Of a DNA stretch of 64,000 bases, positions 27,338-38,163 are shown piece by piece. This stretch comes from an uncultured Clostridia bacterium (GTDB taxonomy: Bacteria > Bacillota > Clostridia > Oscillospirales > JAAYOS01), in assembly GCA_947631015.1 (NCBI GenBank), contig CANRJS010000002.1:67726-131725 (forward strand), in the 5' to 3' direction. The notes below the pieces were generated by a model. That model did no database searches. It was not told the origin of the DNA and was given only the letters and a program-made list of their open reading frames with translations. The position numbers were made by a program, and so were the translations under genes. The stretch's first letter is position 1; every line of letters begins with the position of its first letter.

Positions 27338-29764
27338 TCACCCCTTTACAAGAAACGCGGACGCGCTCTTGAGCATCAGCCGCTTCGTCGCGCCGCTGTC
27401 GAATTCTATCTCTATAAGCGCGTCTCCGCTCATCTGCTTTACCGACTTCACCGTGCCCGCGCCGAACGCCTTGTGCGTCACCCTGTCGCCCGGCGAGAGC
27501 TTCGGCAACGGCTTTCCGGCGGAGGCGACCGCCGGGCGCGTCTGCCGGAACGGATTTGCCTGCGGACGGCGGCGCGGAGCCGCGCCGAAGCCGTCATCGT
27601 CGTCAAACGAGAAGGACAGCGGGCGCGAGGACGCGCGCTCGAGAAGCTCGCTCTTCTTCTCCTCCACGCATTCCTCCGGCAGCTCGTCGACAAACCGGCT
27701 CGGCGGGTTGAAGCTCGTCTTGCCGAATATCATCCTCCGCCGGGCGCAGGTGATGTAGAGCTGCTTCTTCGCGCGGGTGATGCCGACGTAGCAGAGGCGG
27801 CGTTCCTCCTCGAGGTCGTCCTGCTCCAGAGCGGAGCGCATCCCGGGGAACATTCCCTCCTCCATGCCTATTATGAACACATTCGGGAATTCAAGCCCCT
27901 TTGCGGAGTGAAGCGTCATCAGCACCGCCGCGTCGGCGCTCTCGTCGTATTTCTCGATGTCTGTGAAAAGCGAGATCTCGTCGAGGAACCCGCCGAGCGA
28001 CGGTTCCTCTGCCGCGTCTTCATAGGATATGATGCTCGACTTCAGTTCGAGCACGTTTTCTATGCGCACCTTCACGTCCGGGTCATTCGCGCTCTTTGCC
28101 TCGAGCGCGAGGACGTACCCGCTCTTCTCTATAAGCTCGTCGTAGAGCTCGCTTACCGTGTGCGACGCCGCGAAGTCCGAAAGATAGTTTATCATATCCG
28201 CAAAGGCGTGGAGCTTCGCGCTCGCGCGCACGAGCGTCGGATATTCGCTCGCGCCCTCTATCACTTCGAACACCGGTATTCCGGCGGAGGCCGCGAGGTA
28301 CGCCGCCGCGTCCTGCGTGGTGTTTCCTATCCCGCGCGCCGGGACGTTGAGTATCCTCCCGAGCCGCAGGTCATCCGAGTGGTTATGTATCACCCAGAGG
28401 TAGGCGAGCATATCCTTTATCTCGGCGCGGTCGAAGAACCGCGTGCCGCCGATTACGCGGTACGGGACGCCGCTGCGCTTCAGCGCGTCCTCGACGCGGT
28501 TCATCTGCGCGTTCATACGGTAGAGGACGGCGTGGTCGCGGAAGTGTCCTCCAGCGGTGACGTTCGCGAGTATCTGCCGCGCGACGAAGTCCGCCTCGTC
28601 GTTGTCGTCCGCCGCCGTGTAGACGACGACACGCCCGCCGTCGTCATTCGCCGTCCAGAGCTCCTTGCCCTTTCTGCCGGCGTTGTGCTCTATCACGCTG
28701 TTCGCGGCGGCGAGGATGGTCTTTGTGGAGCGGTAGTTCTGCTCGAGCTTTATCACGCGGGTGCCGCGGTTCTGACTGTCGAAGCGGAGAATGTTCTCCA
28801 CCGTCGCGCCCCGGAAGCGGTATATCGACTGGTCGTCGTCCCCGACGACGCAGAGGTTTCCCCACCCTCCCGCGAGCGTGGACGCGAGCAGGTACTGCAG
28901 ATTGTTCGTGTCCTGATACTCGTCGATAAGGACGTAGCGGAACTTCCGCTGATAGTACTCCCGCACGTCGTCATGCGTGAGGAGCAGCTGCACCGTGAGA
29001 AGTATAAGGTCGTCGAAGTCGAGGGCGTTTGCGGCCTTCATCCGGCGCATGTACTCGGCGTAGGCCTGCGCGGTCTTTGAGGCGCGGTAGGCATTGTCGC
29101 CCGCAAACGCCGCCTCGTATTCCCCGGGGAATATCATCTTGTCCTTGGCGCGGCTGATGCTCGAAAGCAGCGTGCGCGGCGCAAAGGAGTTCTCGTCGAG
29201 GCGGAGGTCTGCGGCGATGTCCTTCAGCAGACGCTCGCTGTCCGCATTGTCGTATATCGTGAAGTCACGGGAGTAGCCGAGCTTCTCTATGTCGCGGCGG
29301 AGTATGCGGACGCACGCGGAATGAAAGGTGGAGGCCCAGACGTCCTCCGCACGTGGGCCGAGGCGCGCCGAAAGGCGCTCCTTCAGCTCCCCCGCCGCCT
29401 TGTTTGTGAACGTTATCGCAATTATGCTCCACGGAGATGCGGGGTCGAGCGCCGCAAGGCGCTCCGCCGCCTCGCGCTCCTCCTCGTTCGGGGAGGTGAG
29501 GAAGCGTTCGAGGAACTCGACGTCGCTCTCGTCGGTGAATTCGTTTATCTCGTCCGAGTCGCTTGCCCTGCCGTACTTTATGAGGTTTGCTATGCGCTGT
29601 ATCAGCACCGTCGTCTTGCCGCTGCCCGCCCCGGCGAGGACGAGGAGCGGTCCCTCGGTCGCCATGACGGCGCGGAGCTGCATATCGTTGAGCGCGGAGA
29701 AGTCGCGGGCGATGAGCTCGCGGCGCGCGCGCAGAAATCTTTCCTTCAGGCTTCCTGTAAGCAT
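27338..29764 (-). CDS. pcrA: ATP-dependent DNA helicase PcrA/UvrD
   Basis: AGAGSGKT, ITFTNKAA, LIDEYQDTN, VVGDDDQSIYRFRGA, LMTLHSAKGLEF, EERRLCYVGITRA, C-terminal RNAP-binding domain. Confidence 0.95.
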   Translation of the reverse strand: MLTGSLKERFLRARRELIARDFSALNDMQLRAVMATEGPLLVLAGAGSGKTTVLIQRIANLIKYGRASDSDEINEFTDESDVEFLERFLTSPNEEEREAAERLAALDPASPWSIIAITFTNKAAGELKERLSARLGPRAEDVWASTFHSACVRILRRDIEKLGYSRDFTIYDNADSERLLKDIAADLRLDENSFAPRTLLSSISRAKDKMIFPGEYEAAFAGDNAYRASKTAQAYAEYMRRMKAANALDFDDLILLTVQLLLTHDDVREYYQRKFRYVLIDEYQDTNNLQYLLASTLAGGWGNLCVVGDDDQSIYRFRGATVENILRFDSQNRGTRVIKLEQNYRSTKTILAAANSVIEHNAGRKGKELWTANDDGGRVVVYTAADDNDEADFVARQILANVTAGGHFRDHAVLYRMNAQMNRVEDALKRSGVPYRVIGGTRFFDRAEIKDMLAYLWVIHNHSDDLRLGRILNVPARGIGNTTQDAAAYLAASAGIPVFEVIEGASEYPTLVRASAKLHAFADMINYLSDFAASHTVSELYDELIEKSGYVLALEAKSANDPDVKVRIENVLELKSSIISYEDAAEEPSLGGFLDEISLFTDIEKYDESADAAVLMTLHSAKGLEFPNVFIIGMEEGMFPGMRSALEQDDLEEERRLCYVGITRAKKQLYITCARRRMIFGKTSFNPPSRFVDELPEECVEEKKSELLERASSRPLSFSFDDDDGFGAAPRRRPQANPFRQTRPAVASAGKPLPKLSPGDRVTHKAFGAGTVKSVKQMSGDALIEIEFDSGATKRLMLKSASAFLVKG

Positions 29765-29967
29765 TTTTCCTCCACATCACTCTTTATGAGGTCGATTATA
29801 CCGCTTTTTGACATCTGTTTCAAGCCGGATTTTGCGCCGTCCGGCGTCCGTTCTGTCCGCGAGCGGCGGACAGAACGGTCAAAACCGGCTCTGCCGCGCA
29901 GGAAAAGCTGTCCGCAATACGCGGACAGCTCCAAAAAATTTGTCCGCTGCTCGCGGAAAAATCATTC

Positions 29968-30213
29968 TCAGCAGACCTCTCCTCTGAGCGTAACGCGCCC
30001 CTCGTCCGGGCATTTCACCGAAAACTCCTTTGCGCGGACGTCGCCGCAGTCGAGGTCCGCGCCGTTCAACAGCGCAAAGACATAGGGGTAGGCCGCGTTC
30101 CACAGCTCGTGGCATAGCGGAGGACATATATCCCCCACCACGAATTCGTCACCCGCACGGAAGTACCCGCAGCGGCAGCGGCTCTCGGTTATCGTGAGCT
30201 TCACCTTTGACAT
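29968..30213 (-). CDS. TIGR04076-family small Cys-rich protein
   Basis: 81 aa, KLTITESRCRCGY...ICPPLCHELW...CPD pattern; GGAGG RBS. Confidence 0.7.
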   Translation of the reverse strand: MSKVKLTITESRCRCGYFRAGDEFVVGDICPPLCHELWNAAYPYVFALLNGADLDCGDVRAKEFSVKCPDEGRVTLRGEVC

Positions 30214-30410
30214 ACGCGCCTCCCAAAAGCATGTCCGTGCGGCTCCCCCGCGCGGACTTTCCCACGCCGCCGGGTGCGGGCGGCAGTCAAAACAATATCA
30301 AATTTTCTCACGCAAAACTCCCCTTCCCTTGCGAGACGGCCTTCGGCGGCGCGCAGCCTATCCGAATGATACCACAATTTAACGTTCCGTTCAACCGCGC
30401 ATTTTCCCGC

Positions 30411-30439
30411 TTGACAAACCGTCCTCAATGTGTTATACA
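30411..30439 (+). promoter_or_regulatory. Putative sigma-A promoter of the T-box-valS unit
   Basis: TTGACA-17 bp-TATACA with TG extended -10. Confidence 0.6.
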
Positions 30440-30461
30440 TTTAGTAACCGAACAAGGCAAA

Positions 30462-30719
30462 AGGCTTTTGACGGGGAGGAGTACGTCGGTCATCCTCTTT
30501 CAGAGACGGGGCGGTCGGTGCAAGCCCCGAGAGGAACGGCGGAAGGTCGCCCCCGAGCCCCGGAGCCGAAAGCGAAAGCAACTAAGCCCCGGCGGGTTCT
30601 CCCGTTACAGAGAAGCGGCGTTTCTGCGCCGCGTGAGGTGCGCCGCTTCTTTGCGGCGAATTTAGGTGGTACCGCGGTTCATCCGTCCTAAGCTGTGTGC
30701 TTTGGGCGGCTATTTTTTT
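30462..30719 (+). ncRNA. T-box riboswitch (Val specifier)
   Basis: AGAGA/GGTGCAA stem I motifs, GAAG-GTC-G specifier (GUC = Val) at 30546-30548, T-box AATTTAGGTGGTACCGCG at 30659-30676, then terminator and T-run, upstream of valS. Confidence 0.92.
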
Positions 30720-30778
30720 GCCGGGACCGCTCCCGCGCGGGGCGGAGAGGCAAAGTCATCATAAGAGGTGTATATTCT

Positions 30779-33403
30779 ATGGCACGAGAACTCCCGAAGG
30801 CATACGAGCCTCAGGGCGTCGAAAAGCGCATCTACAAGATGTGGCGGGACGGCGGTTACTTCAAGCCGTCCGACGACCCCGAAAAGAAGCCCTTCACCAT
30901 CGTCATACCGCCCCCGAACGTCACGGGTCAGCTCCACATGGGTCACGCCCTCGACGAGACGTGGCAGGACATCCTCGTGCGCTTCAAGCGCATGCAGGGC
31001 TACGCCGCGCTGTGGGTGCCCGGCACCGACCACGCCGGCATCGCCACGCAGATAAAGGTCGAGGAGTATATCCGCGAGAACGAGCACAAGACCCGCTACG
31101 ACTACGGGCGGGACAAGTTCATCGACCTCGTCTGGGACTGGAAGCGCCGCTATGAGGGACGCATCCACGAGCAGCTCGCGGCTCTCGGCTCGAGCTGTGA
31201 CTGGTCGCGCGTCCGCTTCACGATGGACGAGGGACTCTCCCGCGCGGTGCGCGAGGTGTTTGTCAACCTATACAACAAGGGCCTCATCTACAAGGGCAGC
31301 CGCATAATCAACTGGTGCCCGCACTGCCGCACCGCCCTCTCCGATGCGGAGGTCGAGTACAGCGAGCAGAACGGCCACTTCTGGCACATCCGCTACCCCG
31401 TCAAGGGCTCGGACGAGTACGTCACGATAGCCACCACCCGTCCCGAGACGATGCTCGGCGACAGCGCCGTCGCCGTCCACCCGGACGACGAGCGCTACCG
31501 TCACCTCGTCGGCAAGACGCTCATCCTCCCGCTCGTCGGGCGCGAGATACCGGTCATCGCGGACGAGTACGTCGAGAAGGACTTCGGCACCGGCTGCGTG
31601 AAGATCACTCCCTGCCACGACCCGAACGACTTTGAGGTCGGCAAGCGCCATAACCTCGAGGAGATACTTATCCTCGACGAGGACGCGCGCATCATAAACG
31701 GCGGCAAGTACAACGGCATGGACCGCTACGAGGCGCGCGAGGCGATAGTCGCGGACCTCGAGGCCGGCGGATACCTCGTCAAAGTCGAGGAGCACGTCCA
31801 CAACGTCGGCGAGTGCTACCGCTGCGGACACACCGTCGAGCCGATAACCTCCGCTCAGTGGTTCGTGAAGATGGCGCCGCTCGCGAAGCCCGCCATCGAG
31901 GCCGTCGAGAACGGCACGATACAGTTCGTCCCGAAGCGCTTCAACCGCACCTACCTCAACTGGATGGAGGGCATCCACGACTGGTGCATCTCCCGTCAGC
32001 TCTGGTGGGGTCACCGCATCCCCGCGTTCTACTGCGACGAGTGCGGAGAGGTCACCGTCTCTAAGGAGGACATCACCGTCTGCCCGCACTGCGGCGCGCC
32101 CGTCCGGCAGGACGAGGACGTGCTCGACACATGGTTCAGCTCCGCGCTCTGGCCGTTCTCCACGCTCGGCTGGCCGGAGAACACCGAGGACTTCAAGCGC
32201 TTCTTCCCCACCGACGTGCTCGTCACCGGCTACGACATCATATCCTTCTGGGTGAGCCGGATGATATTCTCGTCGCTCGAACACACCGGCCGCGAGCCGT
32301 TCCACACCGTCGCCATTCACGGTCTCGTGCGCGACGCGCAGGGGCGCAAGATGAGCAAGTCGCTCGGCAACGGCGTCGACCCGCTCGAAGTGATAGCAAA
32401 CTACGGCGCGGACGCGCTCCGCGCGTCGCTCGTCATAGGCAACGGCCCCGGAATGGACATGCGATTTACCGACGAGAAGGTCTCAAACATGCGGAACTTC
32501 GCAAACAAGCTCTGGAACGCGAGCCGCTTCGTGCTGATGAACCTCAACACCGAGGATACGACCCTTCCCGCCGACCTCCGTCCGGAGGACAAGTGGATAC
32601 TCTCCAAGCTCAATGCCCTCGCCGCCGACGAGACACGCAACCTCGACCACTACGAGTTCGGCCTTGCCATGCAGAAGATATACGACTTCGTCTGGGGCGA
32701 CTTCTGCGACTGGTATATCGAGCTCACGAAGCCGCGCCTCCAGTCGGAGGACGCGGCGGAGGGTGAGAACGCACAGCGCGTGCTTCTCTACGTCCTCGGC
32801 GAGGCGCTGAAACTGCTGCACCCGTTCATGCCGCACATCACCGAGGAGATCTGGCAGTACCTCCCCGGCCGCGAGACGCCGCTCATAGTTGCCGACTGGC
32901 CGCAGTTCCGCCCGGAGCTCGACTTCTCCGCATACGAGTCGGAGGTCGAGGACGTGATGGACGTGATACGCGCCGTCCGCGCGCGCCGCGCCGAGATGAA
33001 CGTTCCGCCTAGCCGCAAGGCGCACCTGCTGATAGTCGCGGAGAACGACGCCGTGTTCCGCGAGATGGACGCGCTCACGAAGCGCCTCGCATTCGCCTCC
33101 GATATCGAATACGCCTCCTCCGCGCCGGCGGACGTGAAGGGATACACCACCGCCGCCACCCCCGCGGCACACATCTTTATGCCGACGGGCGACCTCGTCG
33201 ATATGCAGAAGGAGCGCGAGCGCCTTTCCGGCGAGCTCGCCAAGGCGAGAAAACAGCTCGAGAGCACCGAGAAGAAGCTCGCAAACGAAGGCTTTGTGTC
33301 GAAGGCTCCGGAGGCCGTCGTCGCGGCGGAGCGTGAGAAGGCCGCAAACGCCTCCGCGCTCATCGCCCGCCTCGAGGAGAGCCTGAAGGCGCTCGAGAAC
33401 TGA
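30779..33403 (+). CDS. valS: Valyl-tRNA synthetase
   Basis: [35 protein letters not shown]-terminal coiled coil; start at ATG 30779. Confidence 0.97.
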   Translation: MARELPKAYEPQGVEKRIYKMWRDGGYFKPSDDPEKKPFTIVIPPPNVTGQLHMGHALDETWQDILVRFKRMQGYAALWVPGTDHAGIATQIKVEEYIRENEHKTRYDYGRDKFIDLVWDWKRRYEGRIHEQLAALGSSCDWSRVRFTMDEGLSRAVREVFVNLYNKGLIYKGSRIINWCPHCRTALSDAEVEYSEQNGHFWHIRYPVKGSDEYVTIATTRPETMLGDSAVAVHPDDERYRHLVGKTLILPLVGREIPVIADEYVEKDFGTGCVKITPCHDPNDFEVGKRHNLEEILILDEDARIINGGKYNGMDRYEAREAIVADLEAGGYLVKVEEHVHNVGECYRCGHTVEPITSAQWFVKMAPLAKPAIEAVENGTIQFVPKRFNRTYLNWMEGIHDWCISRQLWWGHRIPAFYCDECGEVTVSKEDITVCPHCGAPVRQDEDVLDTWFSSALWPFSTLGWPENTEDFKRFFPTDVLVTGYDIISFWVSRMIFSSLEHTGREPFHTVAIHGLVRDAQGRKMSKSLGNGVDPLEVIANYGADALRASLVIGNGPGMDMRFTDEKVSNMRNFANKLWNASRFVLMNLNTEDTTLPADLRPEDKWILSKLNALAADETRNLDHYEFGLAMQKIYDFVWGDFCDWYIELTKPRLQSEDAAEGENAQRVLLYVLGEALKLLHPFMPHITEEIWQYLPGRETPLIVADWPQFRPELDFSAYESEVEDVMDVIRAVRARRAEMNVPPSRKAHLLIVAENDAVFREMDALTKRLAFASDIEYASSAPADVKGYTTAATPAAHIFMPTGDLVDMQKERERLSGELAKARKQLESTEKKLANEGFVSKAPEAVVAAEREKAANASALIARLEESLKALEN

Positions 33404-33458
33404 AAGCCATCGGGGAGCTGCCGGCGCGGCTCCCCTCTCCGAGAAAGGACGGGAAAGC

Positions 33459-34745
33459 ATGAACTACGATGAGGCTCTTGAATATATACACTCGATAAAG
33501 AAATACAACACGAAGCCGGGTCTTCGGCGGATAGAAAACCTCCTCCGCGAGCTTGGGAACCCCGAGAAAAAGATGGATTACGTCCACGTCGCCGGTACGA
33601 ACGGCAAGGGCTCCGCCACCGCGATGAGCGCTTCGGTATTAGAGGCGGCGGGGTACAGGACGGGCTCGTTCATCTCCCCGTTCCTCGAGCGGTTCAACGA
33701 GCGGATGCAGGTCTCGGGCGAGCCTATACCGGACGACGCGCTCGTCTCACTCACAGAGCGCGTGAAGTCCGCCGCGGACCGCATGACGTCCCGCGGCCTC
33801 ACGCACCCCACCGAGTTCGAGTTCCTTACGGCGATGGCGTTCGAGTACTGGGCGGAGAGCGGGTGCGACTTCGTGTCGCTCGAGGTCGGCATGGGCGGGC
33901 GGCTCGACGCAACGAACGTCGTCTCCTCCCCCGCCGTCACGATAATCGGCCCCATATCCTTCGACCACACGCATCTGCTCGGGAACACACTCACCGAGAT
34001 AGCCTACGAGAAGGCGGGCGTGATAAAGTCCGGCGGCCGCGTCGTCTGCTACGTCGAGCAGGCGGACGAGGCGCGGCGCGTTATCGAAAGCGTCTGCCGC
34101 GAGCGCGGCGCGGAGTTTATCTCTCCTGACGCGTCAAAGATAGAGTACATCTCCGAATCTCTTGGCTCGAACCGCTTCCGCTACGACGGACTTGAAGTAA
34201 ACCTCCCGCTCACCGGCCGCCATCAGGTGAAGAACGCCGCCGGCGTCATCGAGGCGATGAGAATTCTCCGCCGCTGCGGGTATCACATCACCGATGAGGA
34301 CATCGTGCGCGGGCTGGAGCAGACGAAGTGGGTCGGGCGGCTCGAGACCGTCCGCCGCGACCCGCTCACGATAATCGACGCGGCGCACAACCCGGACGCC
34401 GTGCGCGTTCTCTCCGAGAGCATCGACACGCTGATGAAGGGCCGCCGGATAGTCGCCGTCATGGGAATGCTCGCGGACAAGGACTACCGCTGCTGCATCC
34501 CCGAGATAGCGAAGCGCGCGGACACGTTCGTCGCGTGTACGCCTACGAGCGGGCGCGCGCTCGACGCGGAGGACGCCGCCTCAGTCGCGCGGGAGCATTG
34601 CCGCTTGGTCGAGGTCGTGCCGGACATAGGCGCGGCGGTCGAGCGCGGACTTGAGCTCACCGGCCGCGACGACATTCTCCTGATATGCGGCTCGCTCTAC
34701 GTCATCGGCGCGGCGAAGACGCATCTGAGGACGCTCGACCGGTAA
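33459..34745 (+). CDS. folC: Folylpolyglutamate synthase/dihydrofolate synthase
   Basis: HVAGTNGKGS, SLEVGMGGRLDATNV, IIDAAHNPD; canonical position after valS. Confidence 0.95.
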   Translation: MNYDEALEYIHSIKKYNTKPGLRRIENLLRELGNPEKKMDYVHVAGTNGKGSATAMSASVLEAAGYRTGSFISPFLERFNERMQVSGEPIPDDALVSLTERVKSAADRMTSRGLTHPTEFEFLTAMAFEYWAESGCDFVSLEVGMGGRLDATNVVSSPAVTIIGPISFDHTHLLGNTLTEIAYEKAGVIKSGGRVVCYVEQADEARRVIESVCRERGAEFISPDASKIEYISESLGSNRFRYDGLEVNLPLTGRHQVKNAAGVIEAMRILRRCGYHITDEDIVRGLEQTKWVGRLETVRRDPLTIIDAAHNPDAVRVLSESIDTLMKGRRIVAVMGMLADKDYRCCIPEIAKRADTFVACTPTSGRALDAEDAASVAREHCRLVEVVPDIGAAVERGLELTGRDDILLICGSLYVIGAAKTHLRTLDR

Positions 34746-34859
34746 ATTTTGCATTAAAACGTCACCCGAAGGCAAATTTGTCCTGTGATTTGCCCTCGGG
34801 TGATGTTATAATTACTGTAAACAGTACCGTGCAAATAAGAATCGACAGGAGGAGCATTT

Positions 34860-36122
34860 ATGAAACTGCCGGAGGGATTTTTCATCGGCGCCGCGACTGC
34901 GGCGCATCAGGTCGAGGGCAACAACACAAAAAGCGACTGCTGGGCGGAGGAGCATCTTACGCACACGAGCTACGCCGAGCCGAGTGGGGACGCCGTCGAC
35001 CACTACAACCGCTACGCCGAGGACATAGCGCTCCTTGCGGAGGCGGGTCTCAACGCCTACCGCTTCTCTATTGAGTGGGCGCGGATAGAGCCGGAGGAGG
35101 GGCGCTTCGACCCTGCGGAGATTGCTCATTACCGCGAGGTCATAGAGTGTTGCCGCAGCCATGGCGTAAAGCCGATAGTCACGCTTCACCACTTCTCAAG
35201 CCCCGCATGGCTCATCACGCTCGGCGGTTGGAAGAGCGAGCGGACGCCGGAGCTCTTCGCGCGCTACGCCGCTCATGTCGCGCGCGAGCTGCTCGAGGGC
35301 GTCGAGTACGTCTGCACGATAAACGAGGCGAACATGGGCTTCCAGATACAGAAGGTCATGGAGGACATGATGAAGGCGTCGGCGCGCGAGGGCGCGGTGC
35401 AGGTCGGCATCTCCACCGACATGGAGGCGATAATGGCGGGCGCGGTCGAGCAGGCCTCCGCCTTCGGCGTCGAGCCGGGGAAGGTGAACACCTTCGTCTC
35501 CCCGCGCACGGCGGCCGAGGAAGAGCTTGTCATGCGCGCCCACCGCGCGGCGGTGAGCGCGATAAAGGCCGTCCGCCCGGAGATAAAGTGCGGGCTCACG
35601 CTGTCGCTTTTCGACTATCAGCCGCTCCCCGGAGGTGAGGAGCAGAACAACCGCCTCTGGCAGGAGGACTTCGGAAACTATCTGCCCTACATCGAGCAGG
35701 ACGACTTCCTCGGCGTACAGAACTACTCCCGCAAGCGCGTGGACGCCTCCGGCGCGCTCGAGCCCGCCGACGGCGCTCCCCTCACCCAGATGGGCTACGA
35801 GGACTACCCCGCCTCGATAGCGGGAGTTCTGCGCCGCGTGGCAAAGCATTTCCGCGGCGAGCTCGTAGTCACCGAGAACGGCATCGCGACCTCGGACGAC
35901 GCGCGGCGCTGCGAGTTCCTGCGGGAGGCTGTCGCGGGCGTCGCCGCCTGCGCCGCCGAGGGCATACCGGTGAAGGGCTACTGCTGCTGGAGCCTGCTTG
36001 ACAACTTCGAGTGGCAGCTCGGCTTCTCGCGCACCTTCGGCCTCATCGCCGTCGACCGCGCGACGCAGACGCGCCATCCCAAGGAGAGTCTGTCGGTGCT
36101 CGGGTCGCTCGCGAAGTCGTGA
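34860..36122 (+). CDS. Glycoside hydrolase family 1 (beta-glycosidase)
   Basis: GAATAAHQVEG, YRFSIEWARIEP, TINEA acid/base, VTENG nucleophile, WSLLDNFEW. Confidence 0.93.
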   Translation: MKLPEGFFIGAATAAHQVEGNNTKSDCWAEEHLTHTSYAEPSGDAVDHYNRYAEDIALLAEAGLNAYRFSIEWARIEPEEGRFDPAEIAHYREVIECCRSHGVKPIVTLHHFSSPAWLITLGGWKSERTPELFARYAAHVARELLEGVEYVCTINEANMGFQIQKVMEDMMKASAREGAVQVGISTDMEAIMAGAVEQASAFGVEPGKVNTFVSPRTAAEEELVMRAHRAAVSAIKAVRPEIKCGLTLSLFDYQPLPGGEEQNNRLWQEDFGNYLPYIEQDDFLGVQNYSRKRVDASGALEPADGAPLTQMGYEDYPASIAGVLRRVAKHFRGELVVTENGIATSDDARRCEFLREAVAGVAACAAEGIPVKGYCCWSLLDNFEWQLGFSRTFGLIAVDRATQTRHPKESLSVLGSLAKS

Positions 36123-36208
36123 CGCTTTGCAGTGTGGGCATCTTGAAATAAGCCTTTGAAATTCGGACGGTCGGAGAGCCTCGGGGCTTTCCGACCGTCT
36201 GTCTGTGA

Positions 36209-36237
36209 TTGACAGCGGAGCCGCCGTGTGCTACAAT
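36209..36237 (+). promoter_or_regulatory. Putative sigma-A promoter of pepF
   Basis: TTGACA-17 bp-TACAAT with TG extended -10. Confidence 0.65.
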
Positions 36238-36286
36238 CGTCACGGATGTACGATTTGACCGAATTACAACGTAAAGGAGTTTAGTT

Positions 36287-38089
36287 ATGACCGAGAACAG
36301 AGCCGATATACCCGCAAAGTACAAATGGGACCTGAGCGCAATCTACCCCGATATGGACGCCTTCAACGCGGACTACGCCCGCGCCGAGGAGATGATAGCC
36401 GCGTTCCCCGCGCATGAGGCGACGATGACGAAGTCCGCCGAGGGACTTCTCGCCGCGCTTGAGGACTCGCAAGCGCTCAGCCGTCTTATCAGCAAGCTCT
36501 TTGAGTACGCGAGCCTCAATTCCGACCTCGACACCGGCGACAATACCTTCCTCGCCCTCTCCGGCAGGATGATGAACCTCGCGAACGCCGCCGGCGCCTC
36601 AGAATACTTTGTCTCCCCCGCCCTCATCTCCATCCCCGACGAGACGCTTGAGAAGTGGTATGGGGAAAAGCCCGAGCTCCGCGCCTACGAGCGGACGATA
36701 TACGAGAGCCGCCGCTACAAGAAGTACACCCTCTCCGACGAGAACGAAAAGCTTCTCGCAAACCTCCGCCGCGGCATGGGCGGTCACTCCGGCATCCGCT
36801 CGGTCTTTGCGAACGCCGACCTCGACTTCGGCTACATCCGCGGTGAGGACGGCAAAAAGACCCACCTCACCGACGCGAACTACGTCGCGTTCCTGATGAG
36901 CCCCGACCGCCGCGTCCGCCGCGCCGCGTTCACGAAGATGTACGAGACCTACAAGCAGTTCGGCAACACCTTTGCCGCGCTGATGAACGAGTATGTCAAG
37001 GAGCGCACCACCGTCTCGAAGGTGCGCGGCTACGGCTCCAGCCTCCAGTGCTCCGTCTTTGACGACGAAGTCACGCCGGACATATACAACAACCTCGTCG
37101 ACACGGTGAACAAGAACCTCCCCGTCCTCTACGACTACTACAAACTCAAGAAGGAAGTCCTCGGCCTCTCGAAGTACCACCTCTATGACATCTACACGCC
37201 CCTCATCGGCTCGAGCACGAAGAAGTACAGCTACGAGGAAGCGGTCGAGGAAGTTCTCGACGCGGTGAAGGTGCTCGGAAGCGAGTATCACGACACCCTC
37301 GAGGACGGTCTGAAGAACCGCAAGTGGGTCGACGTCTACCCCAACCGCGGCAAACAGAGCGGCGCCTACAGCGCCGGCAGCTACGACACACAGCCCTATA
37401 TACTGATGAACTACACCGACACGCTCGAGGACGTGTCGACGCTCGCGCACGAGTCCGGCCACTCGATGCATTCCTACTTCTCAAAGATAAGTAACACCCC
37501 GCAGGATTCGCGGTACACCATCTTTGTCGCGGAGGTCGCCTCCACCGTCAACGAGCTGATATTCTGCCACAAGAAGCTCCGCGAATCTGCAAGCGACGAG
37601 GAGAAGCTTTCCATTCTCAACCAGATAATGGAGACCTACAAGGGCACCCTTTTCCGTCAGACGATGTTTGCGGAGTTCGAGCGCGACATGCACGCCATGA
37701 GTGAGGCGGGCGAGACTTTGACTAAAGACCTGCTCTGCAAGAAGTATTACGAGATAGTGAAGCGCTACTTCGGACCGGGCGTCGTCTGCGACGCGGACAT
37801 CGCTTACGAGTGGATGCGCATCCCCCACTTCTATATGTTTTTCTACGTCTACCAGTACGCGACCTGCATCTCCGCCGCCTCGAGTATTGTTGGGCGCATC
37901 GAGAGCGAGGGTGAGGCTTACATCCCTCATTATCTCGACTTCCTGCGCTGCGGCGGCTCGAAGAGCCCGCTTGACAGCCTCAAGGTCGCGGGCATCGACC
38001 TCACCGACCCCGCCGTCATTGAGGACGCCATCGCCGATTTTGCCGACACCATAAAGCAGTTCAGAGATATCTACAACGCCGCGAAGTAA
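36287..38089 (+). CDS. pepF: Oligoendopeptidase F (M3B)
   Basis: YKWDLSAIY, KQSGAYSAG, TLAHESGHSMH (HExxH), AEVAST, WMRIPHFY..FYVYQYAT. Confidence 0.93.
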   Translation: MTENRADIPAKYKWDLSAIYPDMDAFNADYARAEEMIAAFPAHEATMTKSAEGLLAALEDSQALSRLISKLFEYASLNSDLDTGDNTFLALSGRMMNLANAAGASEYFVSPALISIPDETLEKWYGEKPELRAYERTIYESRRYKKYTLSDENEKLLANLRRGMGGHSGIRSVFANADLDFGYIRGEDGKKTHLTDANYVAFLMSPDRRVRRAAFTKMYETYKQFGNTFAALMNEYVKERTTVSKVRGYGSSLQCSVFDDEVTPDIYNNLVDTVNKNLPVLYDYYKLKKEVLGLSKYHLYDIYTPLIGSSTKKYSYEEAVEEVLDAVKVLGSEYHDTLEDGLKNRKWVDVYPNRGKQSGAYSAGSYDTQPYILMNYTDTLEDVSTLAHESGHSMHSYFSKISNTPQDSRYTIFVAEVASTVNELIFCHKKLRESASDEEKLSILNQIMETYKGTLFRQTMFAEFERDMHAMSEAGETLTKDLLCKKYYEIVKRYFGPGVVCDADIAYEWMRIPHFYMFFYVYQYATCISAASSIVGRIESEGEAYIPHYLDFLRCGGSKSPLDSLKVAGIDLTDPAVIEDAIADFADTIKQFRDIYNAAK

Positions 38090-38163
38090 CCGGCGTGACG
38101 GCGGCATCGGATATCCGGCGGTAAGACCTGTCTTCCCGCCGTACAAGCGAAAGGATGTGACCC

